A stretch of 64,000 nt of DNA from Octopus vulgaris (taxonomy: Eukaryota), in NCBI GenBank assembly GCA_951406725.2, contig OX597837.1, positions 7,006,001 through 7,070,000 of the forward strand, written 5' to 3'. This document shows positions 32,346 to 45,275 of the stretch, piece after piece (within the stretch, counting starts at the first letter, position 1; the number at the start of each line of letters is the position of its first letter). The notes below the pieces were generated by a model that saw only the letters and a program-made list of their open reading frames with translations, searched no databases and was not told where the DNA came from. Position numbers and translations under genes: made by a program.

Positions 32346-32408
32346 ACAGAATTTGAAGGTAGTTGAAAAATGGTTTTATAATGCAAGAGAGTTCCAAAAA
32401 AAGGAATG

Positions 32409-32463
<55 letters not shown>

Positions 32464-32604
32464 AAGATGACAAGTGTGTTTGTGCGTGCGCGTGTGTGTG
32501 TGTGTGTGTATTTTTGATGAATAAAGGTAATGACAAAGCCAGCTGTGGTGATGACTGCTAGCTGTTTGTGTCAAGCTAGGTCAAAGCCAGGTCAAAAAAC
32601 ATCA

Positions 32605-33164
32605 TAGTGTGTGTGTGTGTGTGTGTGCATGTGTGTGTTTGTGTGTGTATGCGTAGAGTGTGGGTGTGTGGCGTAACCTAGTACGTATGTGCTTGTACGT
32701 GCGTGTGTGTGTGTAGGGGGATGTATATGTGGGTTCATTTGTGTGAGAGTGTATGTATGTGCGTGTATGTGTGCGTTTGTATGTGTTTGTGTGTATGTGT
32801 GCGTGCGCGGGTAGGTGTATATTGTGTATGTATATCTGTCGGTGTGTATGTGAGTTTGTGTGTGTTTGTACGCGTGTATGTGTGTGTGAGTGTATAGTAT
32901 ATATATATGTAAATTTGTGTGTGTGTGTACGTGCGTGCGAGTGAATGTATGTATATATGTGTGCGTGTGTGTACAATGTAGGGGCTTATATGTGTTTATA
33001 TGTGTGTGTGTATGTATGTGTGTATGTGTATGTATGTATATATATGTATGTGTGTATGTATGTATGTGTGTGTGTGTGTGTGTGTGTATGTGTGTGTGTG
33101 TGTATGTATGTGTGTATGTATGTATGTGTGTATGTGCGTGTGTGTACATATGTATGTTTATGTA

Positions 33165-33207
<43 letters not shown>

Positions 33208-33228
33208 GTATGTGTGTATATATATATT
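32605..33228. repeat. (GT)/(GTAT) microsatellite mosaic
   Basis: Direct inspection. Confidence 0.93.
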
Positions 33229-33230
33229 GT

Positions 33231-33438
33231 TGTGTCTGTGCTTGACCTCCTAGCATTGCTTGACAACCGATGCTGGTGTGTTTACGTCCACGTCACTTAG
33301 CGGTTCGGCAAAAAGAGACCGATAGAATAAGTACTGGACTTACAAAAGAATAAGTCCCGGGGTCGAGTTGCTCGACTAAAGGCGGTGCTCCAGCATGGTC
33401 GCAGTCAAATGACTGAAACATGTAAAAGAGTAAAAGAG

Positions 33439-33440
<2 letters not shown>
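33231..33440 (+). mobile_element. SINE family B 3' half
   Basis: gcttgacaaccgatgctggtgtgtttacg..gctccagcatgg..gtaaaagagtaaaagag. Confidence 0.88.
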
Positions 33441-33471
<31 letters not shown>

Positions 33472-33667
33472 TGGGGGTGAATTCATGTGTCGTTGTTGTT
33501 GTTGCTGCAGCTGCTGTTGTTGTTGTTGTTGTGTTGTGCGTGTGTGTGTGTGTGTTATTGTTGCTCTTGCTTTTGTTGTTGTTTTCTGTATCATTGTATT
33601 TATGCCCTGTTCATCCCTCATCCATCGTTATTTTAAAAGGCAGAACCTCGTTTTTTTTTAATGTAAA

Positions 33668-33834
33668 CAGGAGCGGCTGTATGGTAAGTAGCTTGTTTAC
33701 CAACCACATGGTTCCGCGTTCAGTCCCACTGCGTGGCACCTTGAGTAAGTGTCTTCTACTCAAGCCACGGACCGACCAAAGCCTTGTGAGTGGATTTTGT
33801 AGAAGGAAACTGAAAGAATCCCGTCGTATATATG

Positions 33835-33896
<62 letters not shown>

Positions 33897-34110
33897 TGTA
33901 TGATTTTGGTGTGTCTGTGTTTGTCCCCCTAGCATTGCTTGACAACCGATGCTGGTGTGTTTATGTACCCGTAACTTAGTGGTTCGGCAAAAAGAGACTG
34001 CTAGAAAAAGTACTGGGCTTACAAAAGAACAAGTCCTGGGGTCGAGTTACTCGATTAAATGCGATGCTCCAGCATGGCCACAGTCAAATGACCGAAACAA
34101 GTAAAAGAGA
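33668..34110 (+). mobile_element. SINE family B, complete
   Basis: Both halves around an (AT)n tract. Lies about 65 bp past the stop codon of the ADAMTS-like ORF. Confidence 0.9.
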
Positions 34111-34175
34111 GAAAATAGAGAAAGAGAGTATTGTGATTGAATTGTTCGACTAATCAGTCCAAGGTGTAACACCAC

Positions 34176-36176
34176 TTAAGGTGGCTTTCCAATAACTGAA
34201 TCAAAGAAGAAATAAACTACGTCGACTTTAATAGTAAAGATGACAGACATTGCTATAGCTGCGAATTTGATGATGCGATACCTGTTGTTAGGTCGTAAGA
34301 AAGTGGAGCTGCCGCTGAGCATAAGATGTCCGCATGTATGACAACAGTCATGAGTCCGGTAAGTGTGGTTGTAAAATGGACATTCCTTACTCCAGCAGTA
34401 TTCTACTCGGTCTCCGTATTCACATTGGCTCATTTTGGATTTCAAGGCGTAGCAAGTCCAGCAACACTCTCTCCTGACCATAGGATCGTAGCAGAAATAG
34501 TCGTAACCGTCGGGTATATCTTTGCATGTCATGTTAAACGTACCGGGTATTACCCCATGCAATCTATCTCCGAGCCAACAATGTTTGAGAAGATGTGGAG
34601 CTCTTATGTTGTATAGACAATGTGTCATATGGCACCACATTTTCGTGCCACACGATGTACCCTCGAGAGGATAAATCGCCACGCATGTTGAGTTATGTAA
34701 GCAGAAAAGTCGTTTACAGAGCGTATTTCTATTAATGAAATTTTCTTTTTGGCATCCGTCTGCACTGGACGACAATCCAAATTGGTCCTTACACTGCTCA
34801 TTAGCAGAGAATTCCAGACCAGGTTTAAATGTGTCACTTAAATGAAATAGGGTTATACTGTCGTCCTTTGCTGTAACCTCTCCGGTGAAACAGAATGGTA
34901 TATGTCTATTTTTTCTTATTACAATCCTAAACTGCGCTACTGAACAACTAGAAAACTGAAAAATGCTGTTTTTTGCCGACTCCAAATGGCCAAAATTGAA
35001 TCCTCTCGACATGACATACTGCAGGCGAGTTTCGCATTTGTCTGCGGTTAAACCTATATTTTGAGCTATCATTTTAGAAGCTATTACAGCGGAGACTATA
35101 GAAAACCTTTCAAAAAGAACACTGGTGCCCGTTTTCGAACATATTCCTCGTGCCCAAGTTAAACCCGTTTCGTTATCATTCGGAAAAACAATTTTTCTTT
35201 TTGTGATAAAGTGAACATGGTCGTAGTTCACCAAATTTGAACTCGTTTCGTTATTTAACCAATTCGTGAACAACGTCAGTGTCTGCTCGGCGCCCATGCC
35301 ATCATCTGCCCACGGTGACGGTTTATGAATATTCCACATATAAATTCCCAGGCACGTTACTGAAACACTATATTCCATTGTGGAAAGTGACTGAAATATG
35401 TGATCAATGATTTCTGAGGTATAATAATAATATTGCGTGAGGTAATAGATTAGGAAATCATTATCGTTTTGAAATCGATGAGGCAGTTGACTAGAAAAGA
35501 ACTCATATACACTACTGTCTATTACAATACCAATTTCTATAACATAGCGTACGAGCCTTCTCTTAGACCGATGTAATAAAGTCTTATCTAACGTAAATAC
35601 GTTCTTGTTAAATTTTGGCAGATTGAAAAATGTGAAACTGCCTTCATTACTACTCAGTGAAAGATCATATACCTGGTGGAAATACCCATGTATTCGATGA
35701 TTTCCTTCCAGTTTAGAATATATTTTATCAGATATAAAGTTCGGCAGAATGCCATACATAATATTTTTGTGAAAAATCCTACCACTCATCTTACACATAC
35801 ATGGGTCGTATTTACTGCCTCTTTCATCGCATTGCACCAGAAAAGAACTGCCAACTCCTTTGAAGACAGCTGTACGATTTCTCTTTGATCCAAATTGTTC
35901 AGTTCGAGATTCTTCTTCTCCGTTCTCGTCATTTACATAGAATACAGGTGTGCTTTTATCATCTTTGTTTAAAGTTAATCGCAGATCGATTGTTTCTCCG
36001 CGTAAGTGAAATATAAAATCGATCTTTTCTTGGCAATTGACCTCTCCGACTGAATGTGGTGCTTGGTATATTATTACTTTATCCGATATGAGTGTGCCTT
36101 CCATAGATTTTTTGGAACTAGGCGTCGATAAACAAAGAGCGGCATTTAGGATCCAAAGACCGAGAAATAACAACAT
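34176..36176 (-). CDS. Secreted ADAMTS/MIG-17-like (M12B) protein, predicted non-catalytic, coding region uninterrupted
   Basis: 666-aa ORF of complex sequence. Signal peptide MLLFLGLWILNAALC, prodomain, furin site RSKRR (35556-35570), and reprolysin fold cues (IEIGIVID, YDHVHFIT, GLTWARGIC, YVMS Met-turn, FSSCS). Then an ADAMTS disintegrin-like/Cys-rich module (PGLEFSANEQC..C..LFC..EGTSCG..WC), two 6-Cys CCxTC repeats and a hydrophobic C-terminus. Confidence 0.92.
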   Translation of the reverse strand: MLLFLGLWILNAALCLSTPSSKKSMEGTLISDKVIIYQAPHSVGEVNCQEKIDFIFHLRGETIDLRLTLNKDDKSTPVFYVNDENGEEESRTEQFGSKRNRTAVFKGVGSSFLVQCDERGSKYDPCMCKMSGRIFHKNIMYGILPNFISDKIYSKLEGNHRIHGYFHQVYDLSLSSNEGSFTFFNLPKFNKNVFTLDKTLLHRSKRRLVRYVIEIGIVIDSSVYEFFSSQLPHRFQNDNDFLIYYLTQYYYYTSEIIDHIFQSLSTMEYSVSVTCLGIYMWNIHKPSPWADDGMGAEQTLTLFTNWLNNETSSNLVNYDHVHFITKRKIVFPNDNETGLTWARGICSKTGTSVLFERFSIVSAVIASKMIAQNIGLTADKCETRLQYVMSRGFNFGHLESAKNSIFQFSSCSVAQFRIVIRKNRHIPFCFTGEVTAKDDSITLFHLSDTFKPGLEFSANEQCKDQFGLSSSADGCQKENFINRNTLCKRLFCLHNSTCVAIYPLEGTSCGTKMWCHMTHCLYNIRAPHLLKHCWLGDRLHGVIPGTFNMTCKDIPDGYDYFCYDPMVRRECCWTCYALKSKMSQCEYGDRVEYCWSKECPFYNHTYRTHDCCHTCGHLMLSGSSTFLRPNNRYRIIKFAAIAMSVIFTIKVDVVYFFFDSVIGKPP

Positions 36177-36374
36177 ATTCTGTTATTTATTACAATCTGC
36201 GGACATTTTGTTTCTTAGTTCCAATTGCTTTGCTCGTTGTATGTGTATGTGTGTAGACAGGTATTATTAGCAATTTATGTTTGTGTGTCTGTGTGTCCCT
36301 ATAAATGTATACATACACAAATACTCACGCACAAAATACATATACATATACATATATATATATATATGCATATG

Positions 36375-36421
<47 letters not shown>

Positions 36422-37051
36422 TATATATGCATATGTATATATATATATATATATATTTGCATATAAATATGTATGTATATTTATATAAGAATAAATATAT
36501 ACATGTATCTGTCTGTGTATATATATATATATCGATATGAGTATATATGTATACACACATATATAAGAGTGTATATATATATATGTGTGTGTGTGTGTGT
36601 GCATGTGTGTGTGTATACACATATACACGTACACATCTACATGTGTGGATATATATGTATGTATGTACGCATTCAATAGAGAACAATAAACAAACAAATC
36701 ATATTATGATAATGGGACATGACGTAGATGCTATTACCTGACGTCATCGTCGTCGTCGTCGTCGTCGTAGTCCACGTCGTTGCGGACGCCATGCTAGTTC
36801 GATGCTATCATCGTAGATTTTGTTGTTCAACAGTCATTCCTAACTGAACATGACCAATAAAGATAAGACGTTCTGATCATGAGCATCCCGCTGATATTAA
36901 GAGTTTTTTTTTTTGTTTTTTCTTATTATTACAGAACAGCATCCGCTGTTAGGTATATCGGATGGCTGTGTGTTTAGGGAACTCGGCTTGTCACGTGGTT
37001 GTTCAGGGTCCACTCCCACTTCACTGTTCTACAGATAAGCGTCTTCTTTCC

Positions 37052-37634
37052 TCTTTTACTCTTTTACTTGTTTCAGTCATTTGACTGCGGCCATGCTGGA
37101 GCACTGCCTTTTTAATCGAGCAACTCGGCTTATTCTTTTGTAAGCCCAGTACTTATTCTATCGGTCTCTTTTGCCGAAACGCTAAGTAACTGGGACACAA
37201 ACACACCAGCATCGGTTGTCAAGCAATGCTAGGGGGACACACAAACACACACACGCTTGTGTATATATATATGTGATGGTGTCAAGCCTATCTGACGACG
37301 TTGATGTTCGCCTGGGGCTAAATGCAACAGTAACACCCCCACCACCCTGCCCTGTCCCTAGCCATATTCAGATGGCTTTAGTCCCTATGTTATGGAGCAG
37401 TTACTGTCTATATCTCATTTAGAGAATTATTATTGCTATATATATATATATATATATATACATATATACGACGGGCTTCTTTCAGTTTCCGTCTACCAAA
37501 TCCACTCACAAGGCTTTGGTCGGCCCGAGGCTATAGTAGAAGACATTTGCCTAAGGTGCCACCCAGTGGAACTGAACCCGGAACCATGTGTGGTTGGTGA
37601 ACAAGCTACTTACCACACAGCAACTCCTCCGCCT
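37052..37634 (-). mobile_element. SINE family B (3' half 37052-37250, 5' half 37468-37634) with an unrelated insert
   Basis: Reverse complement of family B. About 170 bp of foreign sequence inside the internal (AT)n tract. Confidence 0.85.
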
Positions 37635-37783
37635 ATCACCTCGGAGCAAACTGATGCCTAGGGAGTGAATTTGGGGGGCGAAAACAGGCCATACAAAATA
37701 GAACGGCCCTTATTACTCCAATGACAATAAGATGTAGCCACAGAAGGGACTTGATGCCAAGATATCGTTCAATTGTACACAGT

Positions 37784-37945
37784 GGCGCAGGAGTGTCTGT
37801 GTGGTAACTAGCTTGCTTACCAACAACATGGTTCCGGGTTCAATCCCACTGCGTAGCACCTTGGACAAGTGTCTCCTACTATAGCCCCGGGCCGACCAAA
37901 GCCTTGTGAGTGGATTTGGTAGACGGAAACTGAAAGAAGCCCGTC

Positions 37946-38030
<85 letters not shown>

Positions 38031-38292
38031 TATATATATATGTACATATATATGTATGTATGTATGTATTTGTGTGCGTATACGTTTGTGTGTCTGTGTT
38101 TGTCCCCTCCCAACATCGGTTGACAACCGATGCTGGTGTGTTTACTTCCCCGTAACTTAGCGGTTCGGCAAAAGAAGCCGATAGAATAAGTACTAGGCTT
38201 ACAAAGTATAAGTCCAGAGGACGATTTGCTCGACTAAAGGCGGTGCTCCAGCATGGCCACAGTAAAATGACTGCAACAAGTGGAAGAGTAAA
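37784..38292 (+). mobile_element. SINE family B, complete
   Basis: Same structure as 33668-34110. Confidence 0.9.
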
Positions 38293-38758
38293 AGAGAAAG
38301 TGGTTCCGATTGTGCAGTCCTGGAAATTGTCATTGGCACCGTGCGGACAAAAGCACGGAACGCAGCCATCCAGGGTTCGCATCCATAGAGGTCTCCCCTA
38401 CATCCTTCTCTTTCTGTCTCATTATCTCTCATGCGCACGCTCCCTCTCTTCCCCTTCTCTCTCTCTCTCCATCTCTTTGTTTATCTTCCTTTTTCCCAGT
38501 AGATGAGTGTGAGTGGGTGTGTGTATGTGTGTTTCATATCATATATTTACATAAGTGCTTCTTATATGTGGGGATATGGGAGTGTGTGTATGTATGTATG
38601 CATGTATGTATGTATGTATGTATGTATGTGAGTGTGTATACATATGTGTGAGCGTGCTCGCGCGTATATATATATATGCATAGTTCTATGTACAGAGTTA
38701 TGTATTTTCATTTCTTCATGTACATGCAAACACACACACACTTTATGTAGACTATAAG

Positions 38759-38813
<55 letters not shown>

Positions 38814-38897
38814 GTATGTATATATTATATATGTATATATTATATATATGTATATATTATATTATTATATATATATTATGTATTATATATGATATAT

Positions 38898-38929
<32 letters not shown>

Positions 38930-39202
38930 TAACATGTATACATGTGTGTATGTATATATGTATGTATATGTATATGCATTTATATATGCATATATATATA
39001 TGCATTGTTTATAAATTAATTATACATCAGCACCTTTTATATTTTATGTACGTGTAAAATAGTCACATAAACATATATGTATACACACAGACAGACACAG
39101 ACACATACTCATACACACACATACTTAAACAAGCAAATATATGTATATATATATATACATATATAAGAGTGGGTATATAAGTATTTTTATGTACCAGCGT
39201 AC

Positions 39203-39234
<32 letters not shown>

Positions 39235-39549
39235 GTGCATTGCTACGCCTATACGTGTCTTCTGGGCAAGAAAAATTTTCAACCATATTCGCTATAGAAA
39301 TTTAATTATACTCCTGTGCTGCAATTTCCCACGGGTGTGTATTAATAATTGCAAAATTCTAGATAAAAATACACATCAATTACAAAATGCGCTGCATCAA
39401 AGCCTTGAAATGAATGCAATTTATAAAATACCATCGGAAGACTAAAGTCTAGTCTTACGGCAGGGGCTGGCCGGGGGTTCGGTCTGGGTTTCTCAACGTA
39501 TGGCTTGTAAGTCAATGGTCTCGTTAAGTTTCCTGTTTTATTTTTCTTT

Positions 39550-39579
39550 ATCATCATCATCATCATCATCACCATCATC

Positions 39580-39610
<31 letters not shown>

Positions 39611-39766
39611 TCATCAGCATTATTAGTATTATTTTTGTTATTTCTATCATTATTATCATTATTATTATTACTATTATTATTATCATTATTATTATTATTA
39701 TCATTATTATTATTATTATTGTTGTTATTTCTATTATTATCATCATTATTATTACTATTATTATTA

Positions 39767-39824
<58 letters not shown>

Positions 39825-39953
39825 CATCATCATTATTATTATTATTATAATTGTTGTTATTGTTGTTACTATTATTATTATCCTTATTATTATCATTATT
39901 ATTATTATTATTATTATTATCATTATTATTATTATTAATTATTATTATCATCA

Positions 39954-40008
<55 letters not shown>

Positions 40009-40052
40009 TACTATTATTATCATTATTTTTATTATTAATATTATTATTATTA

Positions 40053-40117
<65 letters not shown>

Positions 40118-40140
40118 TCACGGTGTGTTATTATTATTAT
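39550..40140. repeat. (CAT)/(TAT) microsatellite
   Basis: Direct inspection. Confidence 0.95.
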
Positions 40141-40391
40141 TTTTTTCTCTATATATTTCAATAATTAAATATCGTTAAAAGTAGTACTCAGACTTATTTC
40201 GATGTAGATAATAGTTTTTGTTTGTTTCTTTTCTTACTTTTAAGTGGGGCGTTTTGGTTGAGTTTTACTGTTTTTTTAACTTTCCACTGTCCTTTTCTTT
40301 TTGCTTTTATATTTTTCATTTTGTTTTTTAATCGATGAGTTTTGTTATTTTTATACGGTGCCCCAATTGGTTCTTGTATATTTGATAAAAC

Positions 40392-40440
<49 letters not shown>

Positions 40441-40589
40441 CATATATATATGTGTGTGTGTATGTATATATATACATGTATATATGAATATGTATGTATA
40501 TGTATTCATCTCAGTGTGTGTCTGTGTGCGTCTTTGTATCTGTGTTTGTCCCCAACCGGTGTTGGTGTGTTTATGTCCCAGTAACTTAG

Positions 40590-40860
40590 TGAAGGTGCGT
40601 GGCTTGGTGGTTACAGTATTCGGCTTACGGTCGTAAGTTCCTGAGTTCAATTCCTGGCGGCGTACTGTATCCGTGAGCAAGACACTTTATTTCACGTTGC
40701 TCCAGTCCACTCAGGTGGCTTAATTTGAGCTATACCTGTAATTCAAAAGGGGCCAGCCTTGTCACACTCTGTGTCATGCTGAATCTCCCTGGGTACTACG
40801 TTAAGGGTACGTGGGGTACATGGAGTTCTCAGCTGATCAACCCATGTTGTCGTAACCGAC
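40590..40860 (+). mobile_element. tRNA-derived CORE-type SINE
   Basis: gtgaaggtgcgtggcttggtggtt..gagttcaattcc..gagcaagacactttatttcacgttgctccag. Tail shared with 5575-5725. Confidence 0.8.
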
Positions 40861-40908
40861 AAAGCACTAGTTTTAGTTTATATATAAATATGTGTGTGTG
40901 TGTGTATT

Positions 40909-40988
<80 letters not shown>

Positions 40989-41147
40989 ATGCTTAGAAAG
41001 AGAAAGAGCGAAAGAAAAAGGTACTTCTCACATCGGATAATTGGTTCCAAGCATATTGGCGAATCTTTTGTCTTCGATTCTTATCTTTTCAATTGCACAC
41101 CAGCAGACATGTACTTCCATTTATGCACACACACACATACACACACT

Positions 41148-41181
<34 letters not shown>

Positions 41182-41550
41182 GCTATGTACATATAGAGAG
41201 AGTAAGAGAGTGAAATTGAGAGGGAGCGAGGGAGAGCTCGAACCTTAATAAAGATTGTAAACACAGCGTAACTTAAATCATTTAGTATACTTGAAATTGA
41301 CGGCTGCCGTGACACTAAAGGTAGCGCTCATTGTTTTGCTTTGTATTTTCATGTTCGGCATTATAACGCGCTGTAAATCTGGGGGTAATTTTTGTTCATT
41401 TTTTGTCTTTATTTCTTTTTTCCGCTGATGAGAAATATTAATTTCATTTCCTTACTTCAAGGGGGACATTAAGCGTTGATTTAAAATTTAATGTTACCTA
41501 TATAAAATTTATATACAGAGATTGTATGCCATATGTGTATATATATATAG

Positions 41551-41580
<30 letters not shown>

Positions 41581-41581
<1 letters not shown>

Positions 41582-42352
41582 AATAATAAATATTAGGGAA
41601 TAAATCCAAATTTACAGGGAAAAAATCAGATTTAGGATTAAATCCAATTTTATAGTAAAATATTATAAAATATTATTAGAGACAAAACCACTATTTTGCA
41701 AAACAAACAAGGAAAGACTTAATCAATACATAAAATTTTAATAAATAGTAAAAAAAACCGCCACTACAATTGTTTCTTGTCTTGATCGACAATCTTCAGG
41801 TGGACTTCCAATCTAAAATATCAATATTTTAAAATATAAAAATAATAATTTTAAAATAATTAAAGTATTAATGAAAAAATATAAATATATAATCCATATA
41901 TAACCTATATATAATCCATATATAATCAATATATAAACAATATATAAACTAAAATAAACCTATCAACAATTAAATATAAAATATAAAATATAAAATATAA
42001 AATATAAAACAAAACAAAAAAATAATAATAATATAATAATAAACTATATATACACCCATTCACATATAACTAATTATATATAACCATATCTAACTACATA
42101 CACTAAATCACACACCTATATATATATCCCTATACATACACATAAAAACGTCTAGGCAACTATAAATAAATAAAATAGCTAAATACTTCAACACAATACT
42201 TATTCATACTCCCACACACACACAATTGTAGTGGCGGTAGAAACAATTGTAGTGGCGGTTTTTTTTACTATTTATTAAAATTTTATGTATTGATTAAGTC
42301 TTTCCTTGTTTGTTTTGCAAAATAGTGGTTTTGTCTCTAATAATATTTTATA
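41581..42352 (-). mobile_element. Non-autonomous HHR-bearing Penelope-like element, family H2
   Basis: Flanked by (AT)n. 114-bp inverted duplication 41664-41777 vs 42239-42352. HHR at 41761-41803. Homologous to 50705-51145. Confidence 0.8.
41761..41803 (-). ncRNA. Minimal type I hammerhead ribozyme motif (43 nt, GUA site)
   Basis: Minus strand: ccac CUGAAGA uuguc-gaucaa-gacaa GAAAC aauu GUA gugg. All three helices pair and the core is intact. Confidence 0.92.
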
Positions 42353-42400
42353 TATATGTATATATATATATATATATACATAGACACACATACACACACT

Positions 42401-42549
<149 letters not shown>

Positions 42550-42555
42550 TATATA

Positions 42556-42618
<63 letters not shown>

Positions 42619-42622
<4 letters not shown>

Positions 42623-42845
42623 GCAGTGTGGAAGGTGTTTGTAAGATGCAGCACGGATTTTTGTCAGAGAACAGGTCGCGGATTTTAGCGACGAAAATAT
42701 TTTGACAAATTAAATTTAAATGTTGAAGTGAATCGAACGGCTTTTGTGTGTTTCTTAAATGGCTTACAAACACCTTCCACGCTGCAATTGTTTTCGTTTC
42801 AGCACACGATCTCAGATCAAATCACTTGCTATGCGAGTACATCTC

Positions 42846-42849
<4 letters not shown>
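42619..42849. mobile_element. Short (AT)n-embedded repeat with a 27-bp inverted duplication
   Basis: aattgcagtgtggaaggtgtttgtaag vs cttacaaacaccttccacgctgcaatt. No HHR core seen. Confidence 0.55.
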
Positions 42850-42917
<68 letters not shown>

Positions 42918-43470
42918 TATAAAGATTTATGGATGATTTAGCGAAATGTTAATGCGTATACCACGGCAACTAAAGAAAAACACAGCAAATATTCAATCCC
43001 ATTCTAGCCAACAGCAATGAATGCATTAACGGAAGAAACTGCAGCAGTCTCTGTAGCGAAGAAAACTTCTACATATTAACTAAAACAATAGACATTCTAC
43101 AAAGAAAACCTGTAAACTGTATTGTCTGTCTATCCATCTCAATGTCTCTCTCCTCTCATCTCTCTCTCTCTCTCTCTCTGTATATATATATATGTATTTA
43201 TGTATGTATATATATGTGTATGTATGAATGCATATATATATATATATATGTATGTATGTATATTCATATCTCCATATCAGTATGGGCGTCCGTATAGATG
43301 CATGCGTGTATGTGGGTATTTTACTTAGCTTCGACATATTTAAGGTGAAAGAGAGATGATGATCGATTGCTTTAGAACCATTTCAGGTATAAGGTTCTCT
43401 GGCTGGACGCCAGGGTGTTATGTACTATTGAAGAGCTGGAAAATTAATGAAATACAGAAATACAGAGAAC

Positions 43471-43575
<105 letters not shown>

Positions 43576-44397
43576 ACAGTGACAGACAAAGAGACAGATA
43601 TTTATACATATATGTATATATACACTGAGAAAGATAGAGAGAGATTGAGAGTTGAGGTGAGTAAATGAGAAACAGAAGAATTGAAAATGAGAAATTGATC
43701 GAACCACATAACAAAGGAACCAGAGAAATGGCAGCTCTTATCTGCCATAAGATACTTCGATCTATCATCATGTTAATTTCTCAAAATGGGCTCAGAATTC
43801 TATCGTTGGCAACAGAACGGAGCAGAAATATTCCTGAAGCTTCATGTTTCGTCTGTTATTTAATATTTTGCCAGGACACGTATCCAAAATATTGGGTTAT
43901 TCATTTCTCAAGATAAGTCGACTAACCTCCAAACTTTCTGCCAGCACATCAAATTATTTTAGCTAGTATATTTTCTCGTTTATTTTTGGCCTCATGCTAT
44001 TTGTGAACATTAGCGTCGTTAGATAGAGGCTTGTTATTTTTTAATATTTTTCTTTCAAAGACGCCCATTGGTGCTTCACTGCTTTTATTTCAATGGAGAA
44101 CAGTGATAAGAGAATATTTAGCTAACTAAAACGGGATAAATACCAAGGTGTGCCAAGGTTTTAATTCACCATACTAGTTTCTTTCATTTATCAACACCTA
44201 CAGACACATAGGCATATCTATATCTCAACCTCTATTTTGATGTTTCCCGCCGTACTTGTAATATACATCTGTGTGTGTACGTGCGTGTGTATATACGAGT
44301 GTCTATGTGTGCGTGTTTGTGTGCGTGCGTGTGCGTGTGTGAATACGGGACTCCTGGCTTGATGTTGCACTGGTAAATCTGTGATGGTAATAGAAAA

Positions 44398-45002
44398 GGC
44401 GGCAAGCTGGCAGAAACGTTGACATGCTGAGTTCATATACGTTCTGAGTTCATATTCCGCCGAGGTCGACTTTGCCTTTCATCCTTTCGGGGTCGATAAA
44501 TTAAGTACCAGTTACGCACTGGGGTCGATGTAATCGACTTAATCCCTTTGTCTGTCCCTTCTATGTTTAGCCCATTGTGGGCAATAAAGAAATACGTATT
44601 TCATCTACCGTTACGTTCTGAGTTCAAATTCCGCCGAGGTCGACTTTGCCTTTCATCCTTTCGGGGTCGATAAATTAAGTACCAGTTACGCACTGGGGTC
44701 GATGTAATCGACTTAATCTCCTTGTCTGTCCTTGTTTGTCCTCTCTGTGTTTAGCCCCTTGTGGGTAGTAAAGAAATAGGTATTTCATCTACCGTTACGT
44801 TCTAAGTTCAAATTCCGCCGAAGTTGACTTTGCCTTTCATCCTTTCGGGGTCGATAAATTAAGTACCAGTTACGCAATGGGGTCGATGTAATCAACTTAA
44901 TCCCTTTGTCTGTCCTTGTCTGTCCCCTCTATGTTTAGCCTATTGTGGGCAATAAAGAAATACGTATTTCATCTACCTTTACGTTCTAAGTTCAAATTCC
45001 GC
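44398..45002 (+). mobile_element. Tandem trimer of SINE family A
   Basis: Three bodies joined at aagaaata(c/g)gtatttcatctacc. Confidence 0.9.
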
Positions 45003-45238
45003 GCACACACTCACACACACACACGCGGACACACACATACACACGCCCCCCCCCCCCCACACACACACACACGTCGCTCATAACTGTATAGCACACACGT
45101 GCGCGCACGTACACACATCTCTACACACATCATGAACAGAACCATAAATTCTGTGGGCGAATGCTTAGTAAGATTTCATTGATCGATGTCTGGCATTCAC
45201 CATGCAAAGATTGAGGAAACCCTTCGGTGTTTGGTTAA

Positions 45239-45275
<37 letters not shown>

